Source: the human T2T-CHM13v2.0 reference genome, Homo sapiens
Strand: one strand, 5' to 3'
NCBI RefSeq assembly: GCF_009914755.1
Contig: NC_060938.1
DNA: 64,000 bases
Positions 46,633-61,711 of the stretch are shown here, in pieces; positions within the stretch are counted from its first letter, which is position 1; every line of letters starts with the position of its first letter. Under the pieces are notes generated by a model. The model was not told where the DNA came from. It did no database searches and was given only the letters and a program-made list of their open reading frames with translations. The position numbers and the translations under genes are program-made.

Positions 46633-47256
46633 GTGAGTATAATTTATAATTAAATTCTAGAAATTTGGTGTTCTAAAGAAGATAGTAAGATTCTGACACT
46701 GATTTCTGAGAATTGGATAAGTCATTTAACTTCTCCAGATCTCATTTTGTCTATCTCTAAAAATAGACATTTTGTTTTTTGATATTGAATTCTAAGATTC
46801 TGAAGTTACTTAGTACATACAAAGACCTATCATTATTTCGTGTTTGTTTGTTTGTTTGTTTTTCTTTCTTTCTTTTTAAGGCCTAAGTGAAAAAAGGAAA
46901 AAATGATTAGGTCTATAAAGGAGGTATTTCTTTTACCACTTTCTTATTTCATTTGTTGCTAGTGATAAATCTGAGAAAAGATTTGTTTGAGGGTTCAGGG
47001 AGTGGAATAAAAGTATTTTATTTCACACAGAACCTGAAAAGAAACGTCTTGGCTAAAGGTGATAAATATTTTTGGAAAAGGAAACCAGTTACTTTATGTA
47101 TCACTCAGAAGAAAGCAAACGAGTGATTTCATACTCAGAATTAGTCTCCCTTTGTTCCCCCTCCCCTCCACCAATTTCTCACCTCACTGAATTCATGCCT
47201 TAAGATATTAGTGGCACATTACCACCTTAGCATGCCAGGCTTGCATTAGTACATAC

Positions 47257-47790
47257 AGTGTTTCTTGATACTATATAGTTATCTGCTGCTTAAAAAATTA
47301 TTCTGAAATTTAGCAGATAAAACGTTTGTCATCTCACATAGTATCTGAGGGTCAGGAATTTGGCTGAGCTGGATAGTTCAGGCTCAGAGTCTCATGATAT
47401 TATCATTGAGATGTCAGATTACAGCTGAAGACTTTACTAGGTTGCAGGATCCATTCACCTCTGATGGCTCTGTCATGTGGCTTTTGGCCTCAATTTCTCC
47501 TAGCTAGCGTCAGGAAACCTCAGCTCCTTACCTCCTGGGCCTCTTAGTAAATAAGGCTACTCGTGGCATGGCATCTGGCTTCTCCCAAAGCAAGTGATGA
47601 GAGAGACAGAGAGAGAGAAATCAAGATGGAACCATATGACCTAGTCATCACAGCCACACACTAATGTCACTTTTGCTTTATTCTGTTAGAAACAAATCAT
47701 TAAGTCTAGTAGCCCACACTCAAGAGGAATTAAGCCCCACTTCTTGAAGTATCAACAAATTGTGGACATATTTTCAAATCTACCACCATC
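47257..47790 (-). mobile_element. MLT1 LTR
   Basis: agttatctgctgct..atctcacatagtatctgagggtcaggaattt..tcaggctcagagtctcatga. Confidence 0.7.
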
Positions 47791-49199
47791 CATGTTAAAA
47801 TTATTTCAGTGCTTCTTTGAGAAACCACCTGAAGTATTCCTTGGTCCTCTAAGACTACAGTCTTGTGCCTCCGTACCTCAAAGGTTAAATAGAGTAGTAG
47901 ACTGGCCTGGGAGCTTATTTATAAGAGAACATGAAGTTGTCATTCCAAATATGTTTATAAGTTACAGACGATTATGTTTTGCAGTAAAAAGAAAATCTTT
48001 CCATTTTTGTAAGTTTATTTTACTTTTTTTTCAGTCAGGAAAGGATTATTTTACTTTTCTATAAAGTAAAAGGATTATTTTATTTTTTTCTATAAAAAGT
48101 AAAATAAAAAGTATTATTTTACTTTTTATGCAGTAGAATTAGGAGAGCCATTTTATGTGTCTGCAGGTTATGTTTTCATAACAAATTCTTAGTGTGTATC
48201 ACTTGTTATCACTTGTTTTTCTTTACGATATACTGGTTAAAATTCTAATCACAAATTTGCTCTACATGGTGTTTTCAAATTATGTAATACATTTAAGTTG
48301 ATCAGATCAAAATTTCTCTTATGTTCTGTCTTATTCAATGAATATAATACTTTAAAAAAAAAGTACTGACCCCAGACTTAACCCTTTTAATATTCTATTT
48401 CATTATGAACAGAAAAGTATAGTGATGTTACAAATGGCAATAGAATGCTAGAGCGGAAAGAGACTTAGATATAGTCTAATCCAGTGTTTTTATTTTCATG
48501 TTTAAGGTTTGAGACATTAATACTTGCCTAGGGTTCCAGAAGTTTCAGCAGAGCCTGGCTTGCAAGCCAGGATTTCTTATTCACATTCTACACTTTCTCT
48601 GATTCAGGCTTTCTTAACATGTATAAACAATGAAGCTTAAGTCAAATTTTTAAAAAGTCAAACATTTATTACTGTCACATTGGGGGTTAAGGAAACTTTC
48701 TAAAATCAAACATTTATGTTAACTAGGGTTCAATAGGTTTTCTTGTAAATAATGCCTTAATGATTCAGAATTCAGCTAGATTTAGAGTTAGCCTGAAATG
48801 TCACTGAATTAATCTGAATTGTCTCCATCTGTATTCACCACTCCTTTTTGTTAAGCTTAATTGTAGGTGTTCTTTCTTTCTTTTTTTCTTCCTCTAACCC
48901 ACCTAACCACTCACTGCCTTCTTTCCTATCTTTTCTTTTTCTTTCTTTTTCTGTTACTTCCTGGAATACTTTTAGAAACTAATTAGGATATACAAACTGA
49001 TAATATACAGTGCCATCTAAATCAAACAATGTAAGTAGCCTCTTACTTTGACCATGAAAAATAACTACTATAGATAACTACTTGAAATTTGAGCCATTTT
49101 ATGTCTGTTTTTTATTAGACTGAATAGTATGGATATATATTTTTTTAATGCCCAACTAGTTTCTTAGAGTTTATTTTCTAATTGAGAATATATTCATAG

Positions 49200-49301
49200 T
49201 TGATGTCAAGTGGAATTTGGCAGAGAGGCAAAGAAGAAGAAGGAGTTTATGGTTTTCTAATAGAAGATATCAGGAAGGAAGTGAATAGAGCTTCTAAACT
49301 G
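49200..49301 (+). CDS. G2E3: G2E3 exon 4 (102 nt): [34 protein letters not shown]
   Basis: ttcatag| ... CTG|GTAAGT; phase 0-0; ePHD linker motif. Confidence 0.96.
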
Positions 49302-50673
49302 GTAAGTAAATTATTTTACTATTAAGTAATGTCATAAATATTGTCAATACTTGGGAAGTCTTTTCTATCAGTTTCTGTACTAGAAATTTATGACTTTGAT
49401 TATAGGTTTCAATGCATATTTTGTCATTTAAATATGGTAAGTTTTAGGAGGACAGTTTATATTTTTGCCCATTAAAGAAAGCTTAATTGACCCTGGATAA
49501 TACATGTGACAATACTGACTTCACTTCCTTATCTTATTCCAACATGTCCATCAGAATTGACCATCAGAATTATGATCTGATGGTCAATCTTCTCTGACCA
49601 TCAGAATTATGATCATAACTCCACTCTGCTGTTCTCTAAACCTTTGATCCTGAGTCAACCCAACCATATACTTTTTTATTCTTATACCTCAGTTTCTGAG
49701 ATTGGAATGTTGGGTTGAGTTAGAAATTACACAGCTTTCCAGACTGGCAATTCATGATCTCCATATCTCCTGACCCTTCTCTAACATTGTGTGATTATAT
49801 TCAGTACCCTTTTCTATTCTCTAGGATAGGCATTCTAAACTTTAACTCCTTGCTCATTCAGTTATCATTTGTGCATCTTCTATATAACAGCCACTATGCT
49901 GTATGCAGGGAAACGTCTCCATATTGTCTAAGTAAAAATAATGAGAAAGAATGAGAAGATTTGAAGTACAGGGAGTTCTGTTTAGAGAATGTGATACTGG
50001 CATTAATGATTTTCATGGGGGAGCATTTTGGGTGATGAAGGGATTCATCATTACACTGGAGGGGAAATGAAGGACACTGACACATTATAGTTGAAGAAGT
50101 CAAAGAAAGATTATCCCATAAATGCTGAAGTTGTTTAGACTTTGTTTTCCACAGATGCCAAAGTCTTGAGGTGGAGGAGTGACTAGGAAGTTAGCAGATA
50201 ACAGAAGGGTAAATGTCATTAGGCTCAAAGGTCCAAATTTTTCAAAGTGTGAAAATCAAGTAGTGGCCTATAATATTCAACAGAGAACTAAAATAATGTT
50301 CTCTTTGTCCCCTTTCCTGCCCCTGTCCATGTCCCACCCCATGTCAAGTCTGGAAATTAAGGAGGATGGAAAAATAAGCAGCTTTATTCAAGAAGGTCTA
50401 CAAGGGAAGCACATAAGAAACATTTATTCTTTTAGTTGAGGCAAAGAAGTGGAGGCAATTATTTTTGAAGATATCAAGAAGGTAGGAGAGTTAATGGTAA
50501 AAACAGAGGTTCTAGGGCACAAGGAAGAACCGTGGGAGAAAGGTGAGCATGAATCTAAGGACTACGTGAGATGTTAAACGTGAGATATTAGTATCATAAT
50601 TCCTAAACTTCCTGGTGATAGTGAGCTTGTGGTAAAAGGTGGTCTCTAAAGGTCCCCTTATGGTTTGGAACTA

Positions 50674-50901
50674 CAGATTGAATATCCCTTATCCAAAATG
50701 CTTGGAACCAGAATTTTAGATTTGAAATTTTTTTCAGATTTAGGAATATTTGCTTACCAGTTGAGCACCTCTAATCTGAAAATCCAAAACCCAAAATGTT
50801 CCAATGAGCATTTCCTTTGAGCATCATGTTGGCACTCAGAAAGTTTCCTATTTTGAAGCATTTTGGATTTTAGATTTTTGGATTAAGGGATATTCAACCT
50901 G
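50674..50901. mobile_element. Tigger4a/MER46-type MITE
   Basis: Terminal inverted repeats cagattgaatatccctta / taagggatattcaacctg flanked by TA. Confidence 0.85.
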
Positions 50902-51225
50902 TACTTATTTTCTTAAAACATCCGAATCCTCTCCAAGTATATTGTGAACCCTTGAAAAGAAGAGTCTCATTTGTGAACTCAAACTAGAATTCCTTGTTGT
51001 CAGTTCATTGGGAGAGTTTCGGGTTGGCAGGTATTCTCCAGTGACCTAGGTGGTGCTCAAAGGGGTCAGCAGTAACTCTGTAATCCCTGAATCAGTGACC
51101 ATTTTAATTGCCGTCTTAAGGGTTCCAAGGTGTTTTAGGTACTGTTCTGTATTTTGCTAATGATTGATTCATTTAATAATTTTTCTATTTATGTACCACT
51201 GTTACATTTCAGTTAGCGGCACTGG

Positions 51226-51677
51226 TAGTATATTCATTTCCTAGGGCTGCCATAGCAAATTGGCTGCTTAAAACAAATTTATTCTCTCACCATTCTGGAG
51301 GCCAGAATTGTAAATCAAAGTGTCAAAAGGGTTCCTTCTAGAGGCACTAAGGGAGAATTGATTCCATGCTTCTCCCCTAGCTTCACATGGCTGCTGGCAA
51401 CCTTTGGAGTACCTTGGCTTGTGGCAGCATAACTCCAATCTGTTTCTATCTTCACAGGCCTTTCTCTGTATATGCCTGTGTCTTAAATCTCCCTCTCCTT
51501 TCTCTTGTAAAGACCTCAGTTATTTGATTTAAGGACTACCCTAAATCCAGGATGATCTCAAGATCCTTAACTTAATTACATCTGCAAAGACCGTATTTCC
51601 AAGTAAGTTCACATTCACAGGTACTGGGAGTCGGGACCTGAGCATAACTTTTTGGAGACCACTCTAAATCCACTGTA
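51226..51677 (-). mobile_element. MLT1A-C LTR
   Basis: ttcctagggctgccatagcaaat..tttattctctcac..ttctggaggccaga..ttaattacatctgcaaagacc. Confidence 0.82.
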
Positions 51678-52139
51678 GGTGTCTCAACACTTTTTCATTT
51701 GGTCAGAATAGAGTGATCTTAGCCTTTTTTACAAATTGGTTTATAGTATTTTCCTATTCTTCTTGGTGAGTGTTGCCTAATTTATGTGCTTTCTCTTGAG
51801 ATTTCAATGAGGTGTTTATGTATATAGCTTTTATGTTTATAAACCCTTCAGTTTAAAATATTTTAGTAGGAAGGAAAAGGGGCTTCTCTGTCTTATCCAC
51901 ATGTTAGGCTAGAGATGTTTTCTTTATCGAAATTGTTATAGGAGTGAATCTTTGGTGTCTTTAGATTGTTTCTGGGTAGAACAGTTTTTCAGGAAATTTA
52001 TTTAATATACCCTTACCACAGCTGTTACATGATGAAATAATTTTCAGATTCCCCACCAGGAGTATTTATTTATGTCTTGATCATATTATAATACTCAGAT
52101 TTTTTATGTTGTGACCCCTATTTTCACATACTCTTCTAG

Positions 52140-52264
52140 AAATGCTGTGTTTGCAAGAAAAATGGTGCTTCAATTGGATGTGTTGCACCCCGATGTAAAC
52201 GAAGTTATCATTTCCCATGTGGACTTCAGAGAGAATGTATTTTCCAGTTTACTGGCAATTTTGC
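52140..52264 (+). CDS. G2E3: G2E3 exon 5 (125 nt): [44 protein letters not shown]1
   Basis: ctcttctag| ... TGC|GTGAGT; classic ePHD GASIGC..C..YHFPC. Confidence 0.97.
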
Positions 52265-53290
52265 GTGAGTTATTTAACTGTTAAATATGAAAGTTCAGTG
52301 TTAAAGAATAGTGGAAAATACATATCCCAATGATATAATACTACAATAAATTTTCTGTTTAGAGCATCAGAGTTTAGATATAACATTATATGTATTACCC
52401 TCCCGCCCACCCTTATGGGGTCATTTCTATGTGCCAAGTCTTGAGAATTACCATGTCTAGGATGGACCTAATGATTAGCTTTCATTTTCAATTTTCAGCT
52501 TTTGGATATAACATGAAATTGTTAATTTATCCATAATTCAGTGAAAATCTCCACCTTTACATAATTCTAGATTTCTGTGTCACTCTTTAGAATTATTGTA
52601 GACTTATTCTTCACAGGGCTGTATGCATTTCGAGTAAATCAAAGGCATGTAAATTTGATTGAGTACACAAAGTAAATATTATGCCCTAGGATACCCCTGA
52701 AAATATTTGCTTCCTGAGTACAACTTTAAACATCAAGGTTTTATGAATTTTGACTTTTGGTATCATAAGTATTCCATTTCTTTTAGTAGTTGTGTTTTTG
52801 ACCTATTTAATGGATTGTTATCATGTAAGAAAACTACAGTTTAGAAAATACAAATGGAAATAAAGTGAATTGGGAATAGGTTATTAATTGCATTTTATGT
52901 GTTATATGACTAAACTATTTTTTAGGCGTAAGTTCCTGCCTCCCTTAATTTTATACGATTTTGAGCACAACGTATGCACCCATTTGTTGAATACAATAAT
53001 GTATATACTGTATTGCTGACAATATTACACAGGATTCTCAACATAATTATTAGTTTCTGAAATTCTGTATAAGTAAGTCTCACTACCAGAAAAGTTCAGA
53101 TTTCGAAGGTCCAGCTCTCTCCTTGGTCATAGATTGTGAGACTTAATTTTTAGTGCCAAGGCTCCAGTCTGTTGTAGGTGAATTATGAGACAGACACAAA
53201 TGAATTTCATTTTATATATGTGAATTACAGTGTTTTCCAAGTTTTGCTTTGCAGTTCATGAGATTTTTTTAAAATAATTTACATTTTTAG

Positions 53291-53456
53291 GTCATTTTGT
53301 TGGGACCATCGACCTGTTCAAATAATTACATCTAATAATTATAGAGAGTCCTTACCATGCACCATTTGCTTGGAATTTATTGAGCCTATTCCAAGTTATA
53401 ACATATTACGAAGTCCTTGTTGTAAGAACGCTTGGTTTCATAGAGACTGTTTACAG
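53291..53456 (+). CDS. G2E3: G2E3 exon 6 (166 nt): [10 protein letters not shown]...[33 protein letters not shown]
   Basis: tttttag| ... CAG|GTAAGA; overlaps ORF 53370-53585. Confidence 0.97.
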
Positions 53457-54224
53457 GTAAGATACATATTTTGTAAGCTTTCTCTGATTGATATAAAATT
53501 ATGGCTTGCTGATTTAAATTTTAAATTAGAAAGAATTGACGTGTATATTACCTCTTACTACTTGTTACTTTTAAAACAGCTTTAAAGCACTTAATTTGAA
53601 GCAGATTTTACATACAAAATTCACCCTATTTAAGTATACAATTAACATTCAATAAATACTTCAGATGAAACTTTTTAATGTATATTTATACTTAAAGAAT
53701 TTTGTTGTTTTTACCTAAGGATTTTGTTTGATTTCACAATGAATAAACTAGATTTTAATTCCTAAGTTTCATTTACATATTTATGCTGGAAAACCAGGAT
53801 ATTTGAAATGATAAGAAGCTTGATAGCAAGTTAAGATATTTAAACATTAGTAGGCTTTTCTTCCCAATGGTAAGCACTTTACCATAACTTCTTAACAGGG
53901 AGCTGATTACTGTCAATTAATTAAAAATATTGGTTCTTTGAGAGTCATCTTACGTATCAAACCTTATTACTACTTTTCAAGTAAATAGAATATGATAAGA
54001 CATAACATTAGACAATTTAATAATTCTTTGATTCTGAAAATACTTGAAAACTTGAAAAAGATTCCAGTTATTAGTAACATCAAATATGTAATATGTACAT
54101 GTGAAAGTGCCAGCTGATGAACTTAAGTTTAATACTGTTTTTTAAAGTTTATTATTGTTTATTAAAATGAAAGGTTATTATTACTAATTGTCCACAGACA
54201 TATTTTTAAAAGTTAAAAGATGTA

Positions 54225-54538
<314 letters not shown>

Positions 54539-54663
54539 TCAATAAAGTCTTAAAAATACTAACAGTACTAAAAGTAGTAAAGTTTGACTGATACCTTTTT
54601 TTTTTTTTGTATGGACCTTGAACTTTTATACTTAGGATTATTCAGTTAAAAGTGCAGGATGAA

Positions 54664-54960
54664 GGCAGGGCACAGTGGCTCATGCCTGTAATCCCAGCAT
54701 TCTGGGAGGCCGAGGAGGGCGGATCACCTGAGGTCAGGAGTTCGAGACCAGCATGGCCAACATGGTGAAACCCTTTCTCTACTAAAAATACAAAAAAAAA
54801 AAAAATTAGCTGGGCGTGGTGGTGCACACCTGTGATCCCAGCTACTTAGGAGGCGGAGGCAGGAGAATCGCTTGAACCCGGGAGGTAGAGGTTGCGGTAT
54901 GCTGAGATAGCACCACTGCACTCCTGTCTGGGCGACAGAGCAAGATTCTGTCTTTAAAAA
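54664..54960 (+). mobile_element. AluS
   Basis: Dimer, TSD aaa(g/a)tgcaggatgaa. Confidence 0.95.
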
Positions 54961-55928
54961 AAATGCAGGATGAAGCCTGTTTTGTTGGGGAAATATTAGA
55001 AATTCGGTTAATACTTGCAAAGAGGTGTTTATAAAAGGATCCTAGAGAGTGCAGTTAATAAACAACATTGTGAAGTGTTATCCTTACCTGTTCATATTAT
55101 ATGAGAATCTTTAAAAAGTAATTTGTTTTAATTAAGGGTTTGTATTTGGATGAATATAATTGCTGCCAAATGTGTCATCTTGTTAATTTTGTAGCAGTAT
55201 GTTATTTTTCATAAGATTTTTCTCATTTATTTGTTAATAATTAAGCAAAGAAAGGTTCTCATACTTGACCTAGTATCATTAAGGCCTTTTGTGAACACTC
55301 TGAAAATACTGAGTTTTAATTTTGTCGTTAAAAAAGTAGAAATAATATTACTAACAAAAAAGACTAGGTCTACTTTATGCAAATATAACTGAAGATCACA
55401 GCCACATGGACACCTGTCTATGATGTAAGAAATATCACTAAGCAATTATTATTATACTCGATTAGAGCATACTAAGGATGGGGCTAATTCTTGAGTCACT
55501 CTCTCTAAAGGAGTTCCAATAACTTTTGTACTCTGGTATCGGTCTTAACTGAAATAACATATGGAGTCTTATCCAATCTAGATAGCTGTATGTGGTTAAA
55601 CAAATGTCATTATTTGTAACCACTACAAATAATATACATTGGGATTTTGGGAGAAGAGACTAGAGATTGCTATCAAAGAAACTGGTAAAAACTTTCCACT
55701 CTGTGTCTACAGAATTGTCACTATTTTTGTTCAGCTTGGATTTTTCCATCATTGCTCTAGTCTTGTTGGTATCTTCCATGTGTCTTATCCTGTTTTTTCT
55801 CCTCTATACCAGATACTTCCTTTTATCGTATACCATATTTAGTTAAAGATCTTGGCATCTGTCTGCAATTGCTCAAATATCCTTTAGGTTCAGAGATTTC
55901 AATAACCTGTTGTTTCCCTCCCTTATAT

Positions 55929-55946
55929 GGGTGGGTGGGTGGGTGG

Positions 55947-55982
<36 letters not shown>
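55929..55982. repeat. (GGGT)5-(GT)n compound microsatellite
   Basis: gggtgggtgggtgggtgggtgtgcgtgtgt... Confidence 0.95.
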
Positions 55983-55983
<1 letters not shown>

Positions 55984-57236
55984 ACTTGCTAATTGTCTGA
56001 ACCTGGAATCCTCTTTATTAGCTTCTCTCTTCACCATCCGTAAATCATTCCCCAAGTGTAATCAAGTCTACTTAGTATATTCTGTGTATCCTTTTTATTG
56101 TAATCCTACTCTCACTGCTTTAATTTCAGACACTCTTTTTGGTAGGAGACCACTAGTTGGTCTTTCTCTGGGGCCTTAGTCCCTATCAATTTATTCTTCA
56201 TACTACTGTCTTTAACTTACCTACCTAGCCTCTACTTAGTTCAGTTTGGCAAGAATGTAATCCTTAACTATATTATTAATTGTATTTTCCTAATTACACA
56301 TTCTCTCTCTTGCCGGGGAAACTTCATATATATTATTCCCCATCCTTGGAATGTCTTTTGTCCTATTTTCCTGGCAAACCTCTATTTCTTCTTCTAAACT
56401 TAGCTTTTGCTTTACTAACCCTCTGACATAATTATCAGTATAGACTTAGGTACTCCTTCTTGTTTCTTTCATGTGTATACTTAAAATACTCACATACTTT
56501 TACACAGTATTGTAGTTTTATACCTGTATACCTACTCACTAGAATTCCTTGAAGTCGAAGCTGTCATGTTTTTTGGTACATAATACCAAATGTTGTTTGT
56601 ATTTTTGGTACATAGCATGGTGTTTGGCATCTATAAAGCAGGAGTTAACTATCTGTTAAATAAATGCATGCTACTAGTTTTTACTGGGGACTGGCTCTTC
56701 TTTCCAGTAGGCTTACAGTTTCCTGTTTCCTTCTGAGTACCCTCTGTCTGGTGCTTCTGTATCTGTATTTGCTATAGCAATGAGGATAGGTTTTATACTT
56801 CTCCCGTTTTGGGAAGAAAGCTGTCTTAGAGATTGAGTTAAAAACAGAACCAGTGATGATTTTTATGTAACATTTAAACCCCATTTCTAGATGAGGTAAC
56901 TCAGGAGTTTCATTTTTTTCTCACATTTTAAAGGGCAACACAACATTTAGTAACATTACACAGTAAGTAAAATGACATTGCACAATAAGATTGAAAAAAA
57001 TATATGGGTGATGTAAAGCTAAGTATTAATTAGCTTTTTTTTTAACCATTGGAAAAAAGAATTATAGATTTTAGCAGTGGGATAACTTAGTTTATAAGGA
57101 CAAAGTTTGAGAACCCACTAGCATAGAAAATGTTTTCATAATATATTGTTAAAAATAGCACATGTTCTGTTACATAATATATCACCTGATAACAGATTTA
57201 AATCATTAACAGTAGACTTTTTATTTTCCACTGTAG

Positions 57237-57343
57237 GTTCAAGCAATAAATGCGGGAGTGTTTTTCTTTAGGTGTACAATATGCAATAATAGTGACATCT
57301 TTCAGAAAGAGATGTTGAGAATGGGAATTCATATTCCTGAAAA
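57237..57343 (+). CDS. G2E3: G2E3 exon 7 (107 nt): [35 protein letters not shown]
   Basis: ttttccactgtag| ... AAA|GTGAGT; frame continuous. Confidence 0.96.
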
Positions 57344-57915
57344 GTGAGTAACATTTAGCCTTATGATAAAAAAAAGATATTTTAAATGTAGGATTTAATA
57401 GCAATGGAAATGATCACTTATGTCTGATTCAGTGAGCATGGACAGGTAGCCATTTCAAATGGTGAAATGCAAAACCTTCTCCTCCCCCACATGGCCAGTT
57501 CTTGGAAAGCAGGGACTGTGTCATAAATGTCTCATTCATTGATTTATAATCTCTTTATAAGTAGCTCAGCTATGTCCAATTTTAATTGATTGACTTTGTA
57601 CACTTATAATAGGCTTCAAAATGTATAAATTAAGAGAATCAAGATGTGATTTAAAATATGTAAGAATTTTTTTAATACTTAAACATGAAGAATCCAGAAA
57701 TAATGATAGTGAACTTAAAATTAAAAATCGAAAGTGAAATATTTGGAAAAATGTGTTATAAAAAATTTCTTGTTAACTTTTCATTTAGCATGTGAAAATT
57801 CATTGAGACTAATTAACTGTATGATAAAATAACACTAATGGATTTATATCTTAAAGAGAATCCTGAAAAGGACAAGTTTTATTATTCTCCTAAGTATATA
57901 AAAGTTTTTATTTTA

Positions 57916-58217
57916 GGCCAGGCATGGTGGCTCACGCCTGTAATCCCTCCCCTCACTTTGGGAGGCCGAGGCGGGCAGATCACCCAAGGTCAGGAGTTCA
58001 AGACCAGCCTTGCCAACATGGCGAAACCCTGTCTCTACTAAAAAATACAAAAACCAGCCGGGCATGGTGGCAGGCCCCTGTAATCCCAGCTACTTGGGAG
58101 GCTGAGGCAGGGAGAATCGCTTGAACCCGGCAGGCGGAGGTTGCAGTGACCTGAGATTGCACCACTGTACTCCAGCCTGGGCGAAAGAGCAAGACTGCGT
58201 CTCAAGAACAAAAAAAG
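57916..58217 (+). mobile_element. AluS
   Basis: Full dimer ending about 80 nt before exon 8. Confidence 0.94.
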
Positions 58218-58299
58218 GTTTTTATTTTTAGATTCATTCCTGATCCTCTTATGTAACATTATTTATAGGTCAAAGCATATTTTATATCTTCTTTTATAG

Positions 58300-58416
58300 A
58301 GATGCTTCCTGGGAATTAGAGGAAAACGCTTATCAAGAGCTTCTGCAGCACTATGAGCGTTGTGATGTTCGAAGATGTCGTTGCAAAGAAGGGCGAGACT
58401 ATAATGCACCTGATAG
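58300..58416 (+). CDS. G2E3: G2E3 exon 8 (117 nt): [39 protein letters not shown]
   Basis: cttcttttatag| ... TAG|GTATTT; phase 2-2. Confidence 0.96.
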
Positions 58417-58647
58417 GTATTTCTGAAAGTTCAGTTGTGCTTAGTGGTTCCTTGTTTAAACCTTCTGCTGAGAAAGTAGATTTTATAGTTAGTGAAACGT
58501 AGTTTTTCTCTTAGGATGTTAGAAGTTTAAATTGAGATGAGGGATATTTTCTAATGCACATTTACGTCTGTTTACAGAGAAATTTTTGCAGTTAGTATAG
58601 TTGTAACCTATTTCTCTGTTGTCTTATCACGAGACTATTTTCTAGAG

Positions 58648-59669
<1,022 letters not shown>

Positions 59670-61586
59670 TTCTAGAGGGTAATTTAACTAGATTCATCTA
59701 GCACTGTTCCTTTTGGACCACCATAAAAAGGGTTTGGCATTTGAAATTTATTGATTACTCTTTTGTAATGTCAGTGGATACGGCTCTTTTCTACAACAGT
59801 CATTTTGTGCATTTGAGGTACAGTGTACTGTGTTGCATAGTAGGAACTAAGAATATCTTCAGTTTTTAAGATGTAGGATAAGTAACAAATCCAGTTTACA
59901 AAATTTATATAGGAAATTTCAATAATTTGTTATCACTGTTATGTAGTCTTACTTAACATAGTAAGCTCAGTGTATAGAGCAGAATACTGGGAGCCTTGTT
60001 TCATGAAACAAGGTTGAGTCAGCTACTACTTAATTGTGAAGATTCAGCTGAGGTCTAGCCTGCTCTGGAAAGTTTCCTGTTAGCAGCTCTCCTCATTCCT
60101 GATTCCCTACTCTGGGCTAGGGGTTCCCTTCATTGTGCTTGTTACAATATAGTTGGCGTTATTTAAATTTAATGCTATTAAACCAAAAATTCTTAGAAGG
60201 CAGAGATCTCATTGAAGGTATCAAGTAACATGTATTCTTGCCTGTGTTACTTGATCTAGTGACCCTGATTATTCATTCGTTAACACCAATAATATCTCCC
60301 TCAAGAGTTTTGCTGAGGCACAGATGAAATAATGTATATAGAATTTTAAGAAGCAATACATTCATAATATTGATATTTTTCAAATTTATTTTAGGCTGTT
60401 CTTAACCTATATGTATTTCTTGTATACCATTGGTCTCTCAATCAGTAGCTACAACTCTTCTTTCCAGGACAAAGATATTGTCTATCTGAATGACTGCTTT
60501 GTAATCTCACGCCCTCTCATCCTAGTGAGAAGAAGGCAGTTTTAGTGAAAGGCAGCATGGTTAGTGCTTAAGAGCATGTCTGAAGCTAGATAAACTGAAA
60601 TGGAATCCTCACTCTGAGACTTGGCTAGTGTGAACTTGAGTGGACAAGTTATTGACCCCTCTGTGCCTTGATTTCCTCTTTATAATGGAAGTGACAGTGG
60701 TTCTCTCTACCTTCTACAATTGTGAGGATTAAACTTTTCATATGAACACAGAGAGAACTGGACCTGGAGCATAATAAGCACTTAGGTTAGCTGTTTCTTC
60801 CTCCGCACTGTTGTCACTGGGCAGAGACACACACATACACAGGACAGAAATTAACATACGCACACCCACACAGAGGGATGATATGCCCCCACCTCTGGGG
60901 TAGGGATGATATCTAGTTACCTCTCTTGCCACTCACACACACGGGGAGCTAAATCTGTTTCTAAACAGAGAAGGCATAGTCATACCCAACAAAAAGGCTG
61001 GAGCCCTACACTACAGCCCACACTTGTAGTCATGGAGAAAATATGAATATGGACTGGCATACACCACATAACACAGTGGGGAAACATGGAGCTGGGAACA
61101 GATGACAGAGAATATAAATATGAGCCAGGTAGATCTGGATTCTGTTGAACTGCACAATACCTGAGGTGTTTGAGCAAGCTTATTTTAGGAAATATTCCTC
61201 ACCTTGAAATTTACTGAATGTTTCTTCCATATCAGACACACTGACACAGCAATCTCCCTGTAAGCATAGTCATCTCTAAGTAGAAAGGAAAATTTATTTT
61301 CTCCCTCTTAGTCATATTTTGTCTGATGTTTATATTCTTTGTATGTGCATATACATACAAAATATTTGTTTATATTCTTTGTATGTGCATATGAGTGTGA
61401 TAAGTTAGTTTTGGTTTTTACATTAGAGATATTTAGAGAAGCAGATAATCTTTTTCTTCCTTTAGTAAATCGATTGGGCGGGTGTGTGCGTGTTTGTGTG
61501 TAAGAAGGCAGGCCCTGTGGACATTGCTAGTGGTTGAAACTAGAATAATAACAAAATGTAAGTTCTGCTTTTCTTTGTGTCCTCAG

Positions 61587-61711
61587 CAAATGGGAAATAA
61601 AGCGCTGTCAGTGTTGTGGTTCCAGTGGCACACATTTAGCCTGCTCCTCATTACGGTCATGGGAGCAAAATTGGGAGTGTTTGGAATGTAGGGGTATTAT
61701 CTACAATTCAG
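61587..61711 (+). CDS. G2E3: G2E3 exon 9 (125 nt): [41 protein letters not shown], third PHD/RING
   Basis: tttgtgtcctcag| ... CAG|GTAATT; frame continuous. Confidence 0.96.

Noticed and set aside
48038-48128. Degenerate repeat of aaaggattatttta units
   Set aside because: Low-complexity AT-rich slippage with no evidence of function
53457-53585. In-frame read-through of exon 6 into the intron
   Set aside because: A strong CAG|GTAAGA donor and frame continuity with exon 7 explain the ORF; the extension lacks the remaining zinc ligands
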